From Puniceicoccaceae bacterium (lineage in GTDB: Bacteria > Verrucomicrobiota > Verrucomicrobiia > Opitutales > Oceanipulchritudinaceae): a stretch of DNA of 64,000 nucleotides. The translations under genes and the position numbers were made by a program. Below, in pieces: positions 40,132 to 51,834 of this stretch (the first letter of the stretch is position 1; each line of letters begins with the position of its first letter). The notes beneath the pieces were generated by a model that saw only the letters and a program-made list of their open reading frames with translations, was not told the origin of the DNA and ran no database searches. The DNA is taken from positions 96,001 through 160,000 of the forward strand of contig JBFOMH010000003.1 in assembly GCA_040830765.1 (NCBI GenBank). The letters run 5' to 3'.

Positions 40132-41733
40132 CTAATATACCGTTCCCGGTGCTCCGTGCCCAGTTGCATGCTTGTCAAACCGTGGAAGAATCTTCTCTAG
40201 CAATTCCCGCTCCTTAATGTGGGCATCCGGTAATGATTCCCAGTCCGTGATCTTTGGATAGCTGTCCAGGTCAGCCGGTTCATTCGAAACATCCCACCAG
40301 TCGCCGTTGAGATCCCTGAGCACATGGTGTCCACGAATCATCTGCCTTTCAAAAAGGAATGAATAAATCCAATCGCGGTGAGTAGTCTGATTCGCCGTAA
40401 GATACGGGATAAGGCTTTTGCCATTGATTTCGTAATCATCCGGCAAGTCGACTCCTGCTGCGTCAGCAATCGTCGGCAGGATGTCGGCAACGTCCACCAG
40501 GATATCCTGCATACCGTGCTTGATCATTCCGGGGACATAAATGTAAAAGGGAACCCGCGGTCCCCGCTGGCGCCCTTTCTGCATTTTTCCATATCCCAGG
40601 GTACCGTTGTCGGCAGTGAATATGAAAATCGTGTTCTCACGGATTCCCAATTCATCCAGCTTTTGCATATACTGCCAGACTTGATAGTCCAAATAATTGA
40701 TGTGATGGTGAATGCCCGGACCAGTAACGGTGTCATGCGTATCGTAATCACCTTCGTCGCCTGTGATCAGCGATTCGGTACGGCTATATTCATTCCCATC
40801 CCATTCGATTTTGGGCGTGCCGGGATACCAGAGGCTTGCCGGATCCTGAGCCAGCCAGTTGCGTGCTGCGTGGCCAAGATGGGGTGTATGGTAAATAAAA
40901 AACGGTTTTCCTTCATCGCGCGCATGCTCCATAAAAGCAAAGATGAATTCCATTTCCAAGTCAGGGCCATAAGTGTTTATTCCAAATTTCTTCCTGTCCC
41001 GGCGCGTTACCGGCCACCATTTGGATTCAGCTGACCCAATTGGCCAATTCCACGTCCCAACACTTGGTTGCCAGAAAAAGCTTTGTTCCGGCCAGACGGA
41101 ATTTATTGAAAGTCCGGTGTCATCACTAAAGTACTCGTCCTTCGGGAGACCGGGTTTCCTGATCAACTTGAAGTCTGTATTCGGATTGCCGGCCCCTAAT
41201 CCCAAATCGTTTCCGGGAGTGGTCATGACGGCATCAAATCCAAACTCACTTAATCGGGAATTCTTCATCTGGGTCTTGCCCGCCCAGAAAGTGGCGTACC
41301 CTCCCAGCTTCGCAATATGGCCTATCATCAAAGGGGAGCTTTTATAGAGCGGCCATACTTCTAGCTTACCCTTTTCATTAATGTATTTTCCCAGATCATT
41401 GTTTTGCCACCACTTATGAAGATGGCCATATCGGCCTGTCATCAGGGTCGCCCGGCTCGGCGAACAAACGGCATTTGCCCATGCCGTACGTATAACAGCG
41501 CCTTCCCTCGCAATTGCATCAAGCACCGGAGTCCGGGCCCGGTATGCGGGATTGCTATTTTCCTTGTTGAAATGACTCTTCGGAGCACTCCATTCGGTTC
41601 CCCCATAGGCAGGAAACTCGCGTGCGCTGATGTCATCTGCGAAAATGACGATAATGTTGGGCTTTTTCTCGCTAGCTGCAAAAATCCATTGGGTAAGAAC
41701 AAATAGAATGAATGCAGTTATGGTGATTTTCAT
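40132..41733 (-). CDS. Sulfatase-like hydrolase (divergent S1)
   Basis: PNIIVIFADDISAR, CSPSRATLMTG, GKTQ in place of GKWH, ADNG. Confidence 0.85.
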   Translation of the reverse strand: MKITITAFILFVLTQWIFAASEKKPNIIVIFADDISAREFPAYGGTEWSAPKSHFNKENSNPAYRARTPVLDAIAREGAVIRTAWANAVCSPSRATLMTGRYGHLHKWWQNNDLGKYINEKGKLEVWPLYKSSPLMIGHIAKLGGYATFWAGKTQMKNSRLSEFGFDAVMTTPGNDLGLGAGNPNTDFKLIRKPGLPKDEYFSDDTGLSINSVWPEQSFFWQPSVGTWNWPIGSAESKWWPVTRRDRKKFGINTYGPDLEMEFIFAFMEHARDEGKPFFIYHTPHLGHAARNWLAQDPASLWYPGTPKIEWDGNEYSRTESLITGDEGDYDTHDTVTGPGIHHHINYLDYQVWQYMQKLDELGIRENTIFIFTADNGTLGYGKMQKGRQRGPRVPFYIYVPGMIKHGMQDILVDVADILPTIADAAGVDLPDDYEINGKSLIPYLTANQTTHRDWIYSFLFERQMIRGHHVLRDLNGDWWDVSNEPADLDSYPKITDWESLPDAHIKERELLEKILPRFDKHATGHGAPGTVY

Positions 41734-41755
41734 GGCAACTGGCTTTTATTGATAT

Positions 41756-43351
41756 TCAACTTCCGTTGCTTTCGATCAGTTGTCTCTCTGTCGAATAGTA
41801 ATAATGTGGATTATTGACATTTCTCTGCTCGGGAATTCCGGCAGGCACCCGGTAGCAGCTTTTTAATTCTTCGAGGGCAGATTTCATCCGGTCGACGACC
41901 TTATTGTATTCGGGATTAAAAAATTGATTTTTCAGCTCATGTGGATCGGTCTCCATATCAATGAGCTCCCACTCACCCAGGTCATAGAAGTGAATGAGCT
42001 TGTAACGGCCATCGTAAACGCCCTCATGCCGCTGAACCATATGCCAGCCAGGATATTCGTAGTAGTGATAATAGTGGTACTTTCGCCAGGCATCCGGTTG
42101 TTGTCCCTTGAGTAACGGCAGCAGACTCATGCCCTGCATTTCGGGATCCGCTTTCGCATCGGCAATATCCAGAAAAGTCTGGGCAAAATCCAGATTGGAA
42201 ACGATCTCTTTATTGACGCTCCCCGGCTCCACTACCCCTGGCCACTTCACAAGCAACGGAGTACGGTAAGATTCATCATACATGAAGCGTTTATCGAACC
42301 ATCCATGTTCACCGAGGTAAAATCCCTGATCGGAAGCGTAAACAAGGACGGTGTTTTCATCCAGTCCATTGGCCTTGAGGTACTGCTGAAGCCGGCCGAT
42401 ATTGTCATCAAGCGACCGGATACAAGCGAGATAGTCTCGCATATAGCTCTGATACTTCCACTTTAACAGCGCCACGCCCTTCAAACCGGGATTATTGTAT
42501 TCCTTCAGGCGTTTATCCAAATTGCTATCCCATGCCTTGCGTTGATTATTGTCCAATCGGGAGTAAACCCGTTGGTAAAAAGTGCTATCCTGTCTGCGGA
42601 CATTGACCTTCAGGTCCTTATCCTTTTCGAATGTGATATCCAGCGACATATCCTGATCATGGGCAGCCGTGGTTCTTCCACGGTAGTCGTCAAAGAGTGT
42701 CTCCGGCTCGGGGAATTCAACCCCCTCGAACAAATCCAGGTAGTGTACCGGCGGCGACCACTCCCGGTGAGGAGCCTTGTGCTGCACCATCAACATGAAG
42801 GGGCGATTCGAGTCACGATTATTATCCAGCCAGTCAATTGCCTTGTCGGTTATTACGTCGGTCACGTAACCATTTTCCGTTGACTTACCGTCAGCTGTTC
42901 TGAATTCCGGTTTATAATAGAGCCCCTGTCCGGGAAGCACTTCCCAGTGGTCAAATCCTGTGGGCTCTGATGCCAAATGCCATTTTCCGATCAAGGCGGT
43001 CTGGTAGCCGGCTTTCTGGAGAAGCTTCGGGAAAGTCACCTGACTACCGTTGAATTTGGTGGCTTCATTTACATAGAAGCCGTTCAGGTGACTGTACTTG
43101 CCAGTGAGAATCGTTGCACGACTTGGCCCACAAATGGAGTTGGTAACCATGCAGCGGTCAAAACGCATGCCCTGTTCAGCTATCCTGTCAAGATTTGGAG
43201 TAGGTGCGAATTTTCCGATTTCAAATCCATACGCGCTGATCGCCTGGGTTGCATGGTCATCGCTAAATATAAAGACAATGTTTGGCTGATTGCCCGCACT
43301 GACTGAAAGAGCAAACGCTATTAGCGATAAAATTAGAATTATTCTTCTCAT
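41756..43351 (-). CDS. Sulfatase (S1; hexosamine-6-sulfatase-like)
   Basis: [51 protein letters not shown]. Confidence 0.92.
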   Translation of the reverse strand: MRRIILILSLIAFALSVSAGNQPNIVFIFSDDHATQAISAYGFEIGKFAPTPNLDRIAEQGMRFDRCMVTNSICGPSRATILTGKYSHLNGFYVNEATKFNGSQVTFPKLLQKAGYQTALIGKWHLASEPTGFDHWEVLPGQGLYYKPEFRTADGKSTENGYVTDVITDKAIDWLDNNRDSNRPFMLMVQHKAPHREWSPPVHYLDLFEGVEFPEPETLFDDYRGRTTAAHDQDMSLDITFEKDKDLKVNVRRQDSTFYQRVYSRLDNNQRKAWDSNLDKRLKEYNNPGLKGVALLKWKYQSYMRDYLACIRSLDDNIGRLQQYLKANGLDENTVLVYASDQGFYLGEHGWFDKRFMYDESYRTPLLVKWPGVVEPGSVNKEIVSNLDFAQTFLDIADAKADPEMQGMSLLPLLKGQQPDAWRKYHYYHYYEYPGWHMVQRHEGVYDGRYKLIHFYDLGEWELIDMETDPHELKNQFFNPEYNKVVDRMKSALEELKSCYRVPAGIPEQRNVNNPHYYYSTERQLIESNGS

Positions 43352-43367
43352 CAAATCCAGGAGGCTA

Positions 43368-46300
43368 TCAATCTTTTGAAATCAGCCCGGCCTTGGATCC
43401 CATAACCGGCTTGATGCCCATCTTCAGCGCAGGTGAATCATCTTCAAATAAAATATCGTCGCCATCGATGATGATTCCTGCATCTGCAATCTGGTTTTCT
43501 CCCGTCAATTTCATTGGCACCGGATCTTCCCGCTTGTGCATAATGAGTTTCTGATCCATGACCACCGGTGCCTGAAACAGGTTACTATTCAGCTCCACTA
43601 CCCCCGGATGCGTAAATGTAACGGACTCGTCTGAAATGAACACGTTTCGTTCGTAAGTATGAAGTTCACAGCGGGGCAACGTTATATTCATCGCACCGCG
43701 ACTGATGAAAATGTTGTTCCTAAGCAGGTTGTTTTTCGCCATGTGGTTATGCTGTGCAGCGTTAACATTAATGGAGATGTTGTTCTCCACCAGCACACCA
43801 TCGCTTAGCTCATCAAGATAGTAAGCATGATTTTGACCGGAAGGACCAGGCGGGATGTCGCGCACCAGATTATTGCGCATGATCAAGTCGCCACAGAAGG
43901 TGGCATAGATACCGGATCCATCTTCCAATTCCTGCATGACACGGTGGATCTTGTTGAACTCGATAATGTGGTGGCTGCCGCCAATCCCGATGCCAACGTA
44001 GGGTCCATCGTGAATCTCGTTGTGGCGCAGGGTGGCATGGGTCTCGTCCTTTCCGAATTCCCATTCATCCTTCATGTTCGGATCCGTAACGCCCACATAA
44101 AGGACGATGGAACTGGGATATGTTTTACCAACGTCATGCAGATAATTGTTTTCGATCAGGGCATGCGAGCCGATCAGTCGAATCGCACCTGCACCCACGC
44201 TGTGTATATGCGAATCCTTTACCGTAAGGTAATCCCCGAACAACTTCATTCCCCAGCCGGTCACGCCGCTGATTTTCAGATTCTCGAATTTGCAATGGCT
44301 TGCATTGCTGGCGGAAACCGCTCCATCAAACATTTTCGCACCAAAGTCTCCCACAATAAGCGGTGTGCTAGCTGCTTGGATAGTTAAGCCCTTAAGTACC
44401 ACATTCTCCGTGTTTTCCATGCGGATGACATTCTCAGTAATCGGGGCAATGACCTCCAGCGAAGCCATGTCCTCACCCGGCAGTGGCCAGTAAACCACCC
44501 TTTCACGAATCCGGTCCAGGTACCATTGCCCGGGCCGGGTCATGCCTTTTTCAATATTCCAGACAACATAATCCTTAACACCAAAGGCCCCCAAGGGGTG
44601 CCCCACCCGATTTGAGAAGACGACCGTGTTTTCCTCAGGAATGATCTCCTTAACACCCACCAGTGTCTCATCCCATTTATGAAAGATGGTCAGCTCCGCA
44701 TTCTCCAGGTTGAGCCATTCACCAAGATCCCTGTCCTTGTAGACCATCCTGGTCAATTCCTCCATCGATGGTCTACGCTCCCATCCTCCCTCTGCTGTGC
44801 TCATCCATCGCACATTCCAGCTGTTGGTGTTTTGCAGGCGACCGGTTTCCGGGTAGCGTGCACGATCAGCAACTCTGCCATTAACGAGCAGGGTGCGGAA
44901 ATTCCAGCTGCCATCTCTTGTCCCGGGTGCCGGCGCGGTCCAGAAATCCCCGTCACCCTTTTCCCAGCCTGTCAGTCTGCGACCACCAGTCAGCACAGGT
45001 TCTTCACCCTCCTTTGCCTTGATGACCAAACCATTATCCCGCTCATCCAGGTAAAGTGTCTGATCAAGATCGTAACTGCCATCACCCAACAGGATTGTTT
45101 TTCCACTGTTAATGTCGTAATTCCTAGATGCCTCGATTGCCTCAGTAATGGATGCAAACTCTTTTGACTGCTTATCAGCGCGTAGTTCGACCGGATTAGT
45201 TTTTTCCTCTGAAGGCTTCATTTTCACTATATCAACAAAATATGCACCGGAAACTTTGCCATCTGAGCGCTGGCCATCGAACCAGCACTCAACAAATTGC
45301 ATGCCAGGTACATTTATTTTCACGAGCACCTCAACTGCCTGGGTGTCGTTGGCGATCTCTAAATCGATCTGCTGGTCGCCTACGCGCACATGAGCAAAAC
45401 CTGGCTTGACTACAGTCAGCGATTCAGGAGTAGATGCAGTTCCTTTTCTCAGGGTAAATTTGTAACTTCCCGTGGACAGGAAATCCACTTTCCATGAACC
45501 GAGAAGTGGTGTCTTTTCGGGAAAATCTGATAGCTCATCCTTGAGCAGGCTTTTCAAGCCATATTGCTGATAAAATTGTGCTTCAAACCACTTCTGGGCA
45601 TCGGGATACACGCGCGAATCATAATAATGAAGCGAACACATCGTAACTGTATTTCCCGATCCATCTCCAACTGGGTACGGATTGTAAACCCGAAGATCTT
45701 CGAGCTTTCCACTCATTGACTGCCACCATTTGTCGTAAGCCAATTTCAACTCTGCGGCTTTTTCCGGATTCTCCAAAATAATGTTAATTTTCTCCCCCGG
45801 ATCCTTGGTCAAATCATACAGTTCATCGCCGTTGGCCAGCCGGTAATCCTGGGAACGTATGGAAGTGTTCTCATACTTCCGCAATGGCGCATCCGGTGGC
45901 CAGAATCCCTGGTAGGTAACGTGGTAGCGTTCCTGTGATTCGGACTTTGCTCCGAACAGAAAAGGTTTCAGGCTAATACCATCGAGCTCTGCCAAGTCAT
46001 CATCTTGTGCTAATGGAATTTCGCATATATCGGCCAAGGTTGGCAGAAGATCATAATGCATCGCCAGCTGGTCAATCTCGTGACCGGCCTTCAGGGTACC
46101 CGGCCAATTGAAGAAGGCAGCTGCCCGGCTACCCCCTTCATAAATGGAAGCCTTGTTGCCCCGCAGACCTGCGTTGAATAAACCGGTTTTTTCACCGGCC
46201 ATTGTGGATCCATTATCCGTGAGAAAAATCAGAAGCGTGTTCTCCGCAATGCCCAGTTGATCAAGGTGCTTTCTCAAACGGCCAAGATTATCATCCAGGT

Positions 46301-46991
46301 TGGCAATCATTCCGTAAAACGAGGCGGCGTTATCCGCCAATCCCCTGTCCAGAAAAGGCTTCTTGTGTTCATCCGGTGCCACAAAAGGACTGTGGGCGGC
46401 ATTTGTTGATAAATAGCAGAAAAAGGGTTTGTCCTCCTGCTTCTCAATCCACTGCATTGCTTCATTGAACAAAATGTCTGTGCAGTATCCTTTGTATTGT
46501 CGCCATGTTTCTCCATTGTTGAGCCAGGTATCGAAGCTGGAATTTCCCCAATAATCCTGCACCTGCGCTAACGCTCCTGCACCTATCAGCAACTGTTCGT
46601 CAAAGCCTTTGTCAATCGGGCGAAATGGATAATATTCCCCAAGGTGCCACTTGCCGAAAATTGCAGTCGAGTAGCCACCCCGTTTGAACATTGCAGGCAA
46701 TGTCTGCTCGTTCGGCTCGATCCTGCGGCCAATCACTTTGTTCCTTCCGGTCATCAGGGAGCTGCGTGTTGGCTGACACAGAGGACTCACCAGAAACTGC
46801 GTGAAGCGGGTGCTTTCACGGTGCAGGCGGTCGATTTCGAGGGTTTCAACAATCGGATTACCGTGACAGGACATATCGCCGTACCCCTGATCATCGGTCA
46901 GGAGGATGATGACGTTGGGCGAGCTATTGCTGCCCGATAGTAGCGGCATACCAACTACAAGGAATAGTAGATTTAGAATTAACGCTCTCAT
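43368..46991 (-). CDS. Fusion of an S1 sulfatase and a GH141-like right-handed beta-helix domain
   Basis: N-terminal half: [19 protein letters not shown]. After the linker near 45220: [44 protein letters not shown]. Confidence 0.85.
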   Translation of the reverse strand: MRALILNLLFLVVGMPLLSGSNSSPNVIILLTDDQGYGDMSCHGNPIVETLEIDRLHRESTRFTQFLVSPLCQPTRSSLMTGRNKVIGRRIEPNEQTLPAMFKRGGYSTAIFGKWHLGEYYPFRPIDKGFDEQLLIGAGALAQVQDYWGNSSFDTWLNNGETWRQYKGYCTDILFNEAMQWIEKQEDKPFFCYLSTNAAHSPFVAPDEHKKPFLDRGLADNAASFYGMIANLDDNLGRLRKHLDQLGIAENTLLIFLTDNGSTMAGEKTGLFNAGLRGNKASIYEGGSRAAAFFNWPGTLKAGHEIDQLAMHYDLLPTLADICEIPLAQDDDLAELDGISLKPFLFGAKSESQERYHVTYQGFWPPDAPLRKYENTSIRSQDYRLANGDELYDLTKDPGEKINIILENPEKAAELKLAYDKWWQSMSGKLEDLRVYNPYPVGDGSGNTVTMCSLHYYDSRVYPDAQKWFEAQFYQQYGLKSLLKDELSDFPEKTPLLGSWKVDFLSTGSYKFTLRKGTASTPESLTVVKPGFAHVRVGDQQIDLEIANDTQAVEVLVKINVPGMQFVECWFDGQRSDGKVSGAYFVDIVKMKPSEEKTNPVELRADKQSKEFASITEAIEASRNYDINSGKTILLGDGSYDLDQTLYLDERDNGLVIKAKEGEEPVLTGGRRLTGWEKGDGDFWTAPAPGTRDGSWNFRTLLVNGRVADRARYPETGRLQNTNSWNVRWMSTAEGGWERRPSMEELTRMVYKDRDLGEWLNLENAELTIFHKWDETLVGVKEIIPEENTVVFSNRVGHPLGAFGVKDYVVWNIEKGMTRPGQWYLDRIRERVVYWPLPGEDMASLEVIAPITENVIRMENTENVVLKGLTIQAASTPLIVGDFGAKMFDGAVSASNASHCKFENLKISGVTGWGMKLFGDYLTVKDSHIHSVGAGAIRLIGSHALIENNYLHDVGKTYPSSIVLYVGVTDPNMKDEWEFGKDETHATLRHNEIHDGPYVGIGIGGSHHIIEFNKIHRVMQELEDGSGIYATFCGDLIMRNNLVRDIPPGPSGQNHAYYLDELSDGVLVENNISINVNAAQHNHMAKNNLLRNNIFISRGAMNITLPRCELHTYERNVFISDESVTFTHPGVVELNSNLFQAPVVMDQKLIMHKREDPVPMKLTGENQIADAGIIIDGDDILFEDDSPALKMGIKPVMGSKAGLISKD

Positions 46992-47032
46992 TATCTAGAT
47001 TTTCAGTGGTAACTTTAAGGTATCAGATAATC

Positions 47033-47383
47033 CTAGTCAAAATGCATTACCTCCTCCATGTCACTCCACCACTCTTCCGGAAGGCTGTCATGCATCGGTT
47101 GTTGGCAAGGTACACAAAGGGCCTCCCATTTAGCTTTGATTTCACTGTTTGCATCACGGTCAATATCAGCCTCCAGGTCATGCCCGTGATATTCATAATA
47201 TTGGATCAAGAGATCACCCCTCACAAAAAGCGAGTAGTTCCGGATATTCGCTTTTCGAATATTCTCCCGTACCTCGGGCCAGATGTTGCGGTGGAGCTCG
47301 AGGTACTCTTCCCGTTTCTCAGGCTTAATGCCAATGACTTTGCAGAACCGCTTGATCTTCTTTGCTTCGCTGACAGCACTCAT
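47033..47383 (-). CDS. L-rhamnose/L-fucose mutarotase (RhaM/DUF718 family)
   Basis: EYLELHRNIWPEV, IRNYSLF, YYEY, W..MEEVMHFD. Confidence 0.88.
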   Translation of the reverse strand: MSAVSEAKKIKRFCKVIGIKPEKREEYLELHRNIWPEVRENIRKANIRNYSLFVRGDLLIQYYEYHGHDLEADIDRDANSEIKAKWEALCVPCQQPMHDSLPEEWWSDMEEVMHFD

Positions 47384-48690
47384 AGTTCCCCTTCCTTACT
47401 TTTGCTGTGGTTGATATTGAACGGTGCCATCCAGGTGATGATGAATGACGGGACGGTCGCCACACAGACGATGATGAAATAGGCCTTGTAGCCAACCGCT
47501 TCCTGAATGGCCCCGCAAACCATGCCGCTCACCATCATGGTCAGGGCCATGAAGCCAGTGGAGATCGCGTAATGGGCGGTTTTGTAATTACCGGGGGCGA
47601 TCTGCTGCATCATATAGAGCATCAGGGAAACGGAGCCGACACCATAGCCGAACATTTCGACGGTAATCACCGTAGTGATCCATGGAACATTGGTTGGCAG
47701 GGCATAACTTAAGTAGACAAATGCCAGATTCGGTACATTGAGCATGACACAGAGGAACATCAGCGACTTCTTGAGCCCGAACCGGGCGCAAATGGCGCCT
47801 CCAAGGAGGGCACCCAACATGAAGGCCACGGAGCCGAAAGTACCGATGATATTGCCCACCGCGATGTTATCGAGACCAAGCCCGCCCACTGCCCGCTCGT
47901 CTATCAGGAACAGCGGGCCGATCTTTTCCAACAGGCCCTCAGCAAGCCGGTAAAGGACAACGAAAAGCAGCATCAGCCAGATGTCCTTCTTTTTAAAATA
48001 GGAAGCAAAGACATCTGAGAACTCGTGGAGTACATGCTGGATACCAGTTTTGTTGTCATCCAGCACTACTGCCCTGCCACCTGTAGGCAGCATCAGGCGG
48101 TGCCATCCTGCCAGGAGGAACATGGTAAGGCCAAGCAACCCCATTACGACCATCCACGACTGCACCCAGTCGAGCCCCAGGCCGTTTTCTTCAGAGTGCA
48201 GATAGCCGGTGAACGAAACCAGCAAGCCCGTGGCGAGAATCTTGCCCGCATACCAGCAAATGCCCTGCGCACCGATGTACTGTGCCTGCTGGTGCGGTGT
48301 CATGGCGTTGATGTAAACCCCGTCCGCAGCAATGTCCTGGGTCGCTGAAAGAAAGGCGATTATCCAGAACAACCCGACTGTCAGCGGCAGCCAGCCATCA
48401 AGGGGAAGGGACAGGGCCATTCCTCCAAGGCCCACGGCAATGGCGATTTCCGTGAACAGAACAAAGAATTTTTTAGTCCGGAACAGGTCCACGAAAGGCG
48501 ACCAGAGGGGCTTGACCACCCAGGCGATGTACATGGAACCGGTGTAAAGGGCGATCTCGGTATTCGACAGCCCCAGGTTCTTGTACATGATCGCCGCAAC
48601 GACAGCCACCACATTCAGCGGAACCCCCATCGCGAAGTAAAGCGTGGGCATCCACAGGAGCGGGTGGCGGGATTTCTTGTTGTTCGACAT
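47380..48690 (-). CDS. MFS transporter (AmpG-like)
   Basis: WMPTLYFAMGVP, WVVKPLWSPFVD, SATQDIAADG, KTAHYAISTG. Confidence 0.88.
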   Translation of the reverse strand: MSNNKKSRHPLLWMPTLYFAMGVPLNVVAVVAAIMYKNLGLSNTEIALYTGSMYIAWVVKPLWSPFVDLFRTKKFFVLFTEIAIAVGLGGMALSLPLDGWLPLTVGLFWIIAFLSATQDIAADGVYINAMTPHQQAQYIGAQGICWYAGKILATGLLVSFTGYLHSEENGLGLDWVQSWMVVMGLLGLTMFLLAGWHRLMLPTGGRAVVLDDNKTGIQHVLHEFSDVFASYFKKKDIWLMLLFVVLYRLAEGLLEKIGPLFLIDERAVGGLGLDNIAVGNIIGTFGSVAFMLGALLGGAICARFGLKKSLMFLCVMLNVPNLAFVYLSYALPTNVPWITTVITVEMFGYGVGSVSLMLYMMQQIAPGNYKTAHYAISTGFMALTMMVSGMVCGAIQEAVGYKAYFIIVCVATVPSFIITWMAPFNINHSKSKEGEL

Positions 48691-48709
48691 CACTGGGGGC
48701 AGGGGCCGA

Positions 48710-49759
48710 TCATTTCACGCTTTCCAGAATTCCGTCCAGACTGATCTCGGCATAACAGATCACTTCGTCGGCTGCCCCATAGTAGATTTTTACAACATCA
48801 TCCTCAAAAAGGACTCCGCAGTTGAAGATTACATTGCCGAAGAATCCATTAAGTTCATAATCGGTCTCCGGTTCCATCAGCGGGACTTCCGAGCGTGCCA
48901 GCACCCAGGACGGATCATCCTTGTCATGAATGGAGATCCCCAGGCAATAACGGTTGTCCTTGCTGCTTCCATGATAGACCTCGATCCAGCCCGCATCGGT
49001 CAGGAATGGCACGGCGCTGCAGCCGATTCGACCGTTGTCCCAGTAATCCGGGCGCGTCTGAATGATGCTACGGTGTTTTCCCCAGTGAATAAGGTCACTG
49101 GATTCAGCAATCCAGATGTCCCTGAACTCGTACTCGGCGGATGCCGGCCTGTGCAGAGCATAATACTTTCCGTTTATCTTCCCGGGGAAGATAGCGATGT
49201 CCTTGTTGTCCGGAGTGAAGATGATACCGTGCCTTTCAAAGGTCTTAAAATCTTTCGTGGAAGCAAGGCAGGTCGTGACTCCGGTAACCGGTGAGATGGC
49301 ACTGTAATTAATGTAGTATGTCCCCGCGATCTCGGTGATCCGCGGATCCTCGATTCCATACATTTCCACCATGTTGTCGGCCGTCATGCAGGGGCTGTCA
49401 GCTATATCGAAGTTGATCCCATCCTTGCTACGGGCGATCCGGAAGTGGGAAATCGAGGAAAGGTAACGCCGGTTTGTCGTCAAAACATAGCGACTGTCCG
49501 TCTCCGTATCCACATCGGGATCGTTCTTATTAAAGTCCTTGATGATGATCTCGCCGAACTCCTCGTCATACAACGGGACACGGGCAACGTTTTCATCATC
49601 GGACTTGGCGATCTCGGCCACCCGCATGAGCAAAAGGACGTCTCCTTCGAAGCGAATGACCCCACAGTTGAATACACAAACCACCTCAAAGTCCTCACGC
49701 GACGGCTTAACGCCGGCAGGTGTTATGATTGGATTCCTTTCGTAGCGTTTTACTTTCAT
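48710..49759 (-). CDS. GH130 beta-mannoside phosphorylase-like protein
   Basis: NPIITP, FNCG, RIARSKDG, GIEDPR, NKD, YALHRP, YHG, GFFGNVIF, YYGAAD. Confidence 0.9.
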   Translation of the reverse strand: MKVKRYERNPIITPAGVKPSREDFEVVCVFNCGVIRFEGDVLLLMRVAEIAKSDDENVARVPLYDEEFGEIIIKDFNKNDPDVDTETDSRYVLTTNRRYLSSISHFRIARSKDGINFDIADSPCMTADNMVEMYGIEDPRITEIAGTYYINYSAISPVTGVTTCLASTKDFKTFERHGIIFTPDNKDIAIFPGKINGKYYALHRPASAEYEFRDIWIAESSDLIHWGKHRSIIQTRPDYWDNGRIGCSAVPFLTDAGWIEVYHGSSKDNRYCLGISIHDKDDPSWVLARSEVPLMEPETDYELNGFFGNVIFNCGVLFEDDVVKIYYGAADEVICYAEISLDGILESVK

Positions 49760-49767
49760 TATAAATA

Positions 49768-51807
49768 TCAATTCCTATTGATTAAAGTGTATGACTCCTG
49801 CCAATCGGCCCCTGCCACCCATGCCTCCTTGTCCGATTCATATGCTCCCAGGTCCGGAGCAATCCCCGCGAATCCATCCGTGTATCCGGGAAGGACGACA
49901 CCTTGATCGATGATCCCGGACCCGGGCAGTGGCATGAAATCAAAACCATCAAGGTCCTTAATCCCTGGCTTCTTAATCCCGGTCAGGTTGTTGCGGATAT
50001 TATCATTCTCCTCGAGGATATCATCTGGGCCGCGCCAGTATTTGATGTTGAAGCTGATATTATTGATAATCTGGGTTTGCTGGTTCTGCTTTTCCAATTG
50101 CGGCCACTGAACCGCCCATTGTTTAAAGGGTTCCTTGCGAGTGGGAACGAAGATATAATCCATCCTGTTTCCGTGACCTCCAATATTAATGATGGTGTTG
50201 TTGAATATCAGGTTATCATCGCCTTTCGCGATAATACCGGCACCGCCACAATTCCAGACTACGTTGTGATGAAAGATATTGTTGCGTGATTGGTCGTCGG
50301 CTCGAATACCGATACCTCCGTGATCCGGATAGCAATCGTGGACCCAGTTATAGCGGATGATGCTTCCACGCGAGAATGGCCAGCAACCATAAATCAGGGA
50401 AACGTCCTTGCAGGCTAGTCCCCCATTGTAAACGTGGTTGTATTCAACGATGCTTTCAGCCGCGTGGTAAACAAGGAGCGCATTGCCTCCATTGAACAAG
50501 GTGTTCCGGCTCGCCCGGTTGCCAAATGAGGTAACCTCGCTGTTCTCCTCGGTCCGGACAGTTGGCGGATACTGGATGGTGTCAAACCAGTTCACCCCAA
50601 GGTGTGGACTCGCCGACAGCTGCAGGGCTGGATAAATAAGCGTGCCGAACCAGTTGACGTCATGGATGATGCAATTTTCCACGGAATTATAGCCGCCCAT
50701 GACCATCAGGCCCATGTTGTTGGCATAGGCCATGGAACACCTCCGAACAGTGTTGTGGTTCCCGACGATTTTTGTAATGACAGATTCCTTACGGTCCTCG
50801 TCATATTCGGTGATCGTTCTGGAGTAGCTCGGATAAAGCAGTTCACAATCCTCGATCAGGCAATGATCACAGTCTTCCAGTCGAAATGTGGTACCGAAAA
50901 AGTTGATACCGGAAATTTCGATATACTTCTGATCGGCTGCAAACAGCGCATAATCACGTGATTTATACTTAACCTCGAGATTCGTGGGATCAACGTCCCC
51001 CGGTGCATGGAAATAGAGGTATCCGGATTTCTTCTCATAGAACCACTCGGTCTCCACATCAAGGGCTTCCAGTTTTCCGAACAAGTATAAATAATCATCT
51101 TTCCAAACATTCTTAGACCAGTTATCCGGTCCCTCATAAGCCGGATCATAGTTACAGAGCCCGACAAGATTCGCAGGATATTCCAACATCTCAGAACCTG
51201 CTTCATGGGAAGTTATCGGCCGGTTCCATGTCCACCATTGATGTGCGACGTTCAGGCATGCCATGGCTCCGGTCCAGTCAATCCCGGATTCCGCCACTTC
51301 CTTACTGAACACCTTGCCGTGGGTGCTTTCTGCATCCACCTTGGCCCATCTGCTGCGATCATAGCGCTGCTCAAACGTCATGTTCGGCCAGCGCGCCTCG
51401 ATCATCATCCGCTTACCAACAAACAACTGCTCAACCGGGGTATCCAGCTTCGTCTTGAAAATGGACCCGTCGTGACGCGTCCACTCGCCATGGATCACCT
51501 CTGTTCCATCAAGGATGACCAATTCTCCAGAATAGGCTTCCAAGCGGATGGGTTTTCCCGCTGATCCTGACTTGGCTACAGTAATTTCCTCCCGGTAGGT
51601 TCCAGCACGGATATAGCAGACATCGCCCGGTTCCATCAGGTCCACTGCCTTCTGGATGCTAGCAAGGGGGTTTTCAATGGTACCAGCAGCCCCCGGCAGC
51701 CCATCCGGTGCCACGAAATACGCCCGACTGGCGCTCAAGGTGGTCACCGATAGCAGCAAAGCGGCAATAGACCACACTATGCCATAAACTAATGATTTAA
51801 ACGACAC
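49768..51807 (-). CDS. Secreted right-handed beta-helix protein, paralog of 16734-19019
   Basis: YFVAPDG, PGDVCYIRAGTYRE, EARWPN, HQWWTW, WKDDY, NWVHD, GGIGIRADD; GTG start. Confidence 0.75.
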   Translation of the reverse strand: MSFKSLVYGIVWSIAALLLSVTTLSASRAYFVAPDGLPGAAGTIENPLASIQKAVDLMEPGDVCYIRAGTYREEITVAKSGSAGKPIRLEAYSGELVILDGTEVIHGEWTRHDGSIFKTKLDTPVEQLFVGKRMMIEARWPNMTFEQRYDRSRWAKVDAESTHGKVFSKEVAESGIDWTGAMACLNVAHQWWTWNRPITSHEAGSEMLEYPANLVGLCNYDPAYEGPDNWSKNVWKDDYLYLFGKLEALDVETEWFYEKKSGYLYFHAPGDVDPTNLEVKYKSRDYALFAADQKYIEISGINFFGTTFRLEDCDHCLIEDCELLYPSYSRTITEYDEDRKESVITKIVGNHNTVRRCSMAYANNMGLMVMGGYNSVENCIIHDVNWFGTLIYPALQLSASPHLGVNWFDTIQYPPTVRTEENSEVTSFGNRASRNTLFNGGNALLVYHAAESIVEYNHVYNGGLACKDVSLIYGCWPFSRGSIIRYNWVHDCYPDHGGIGIRADDQSRNNIFHHNVVWNCGGAGIIAKGDDNLIFNNTIINIGGHGNRMDYIFVPTRKEPFKQWAVQWPQLEKQNQQTQIINNISFNIKYWRGPDDILEENDNIRNNLTGIKKPGIKDLDGFDFMPLPGSGIIDQGVVLPGYTDGFAGIAPDLGAYESDKEAWVAGADWQESYTLINRN

Positions 51808-51834
51808 GGAGTAAATGGGGATTCCTTACGGTCA

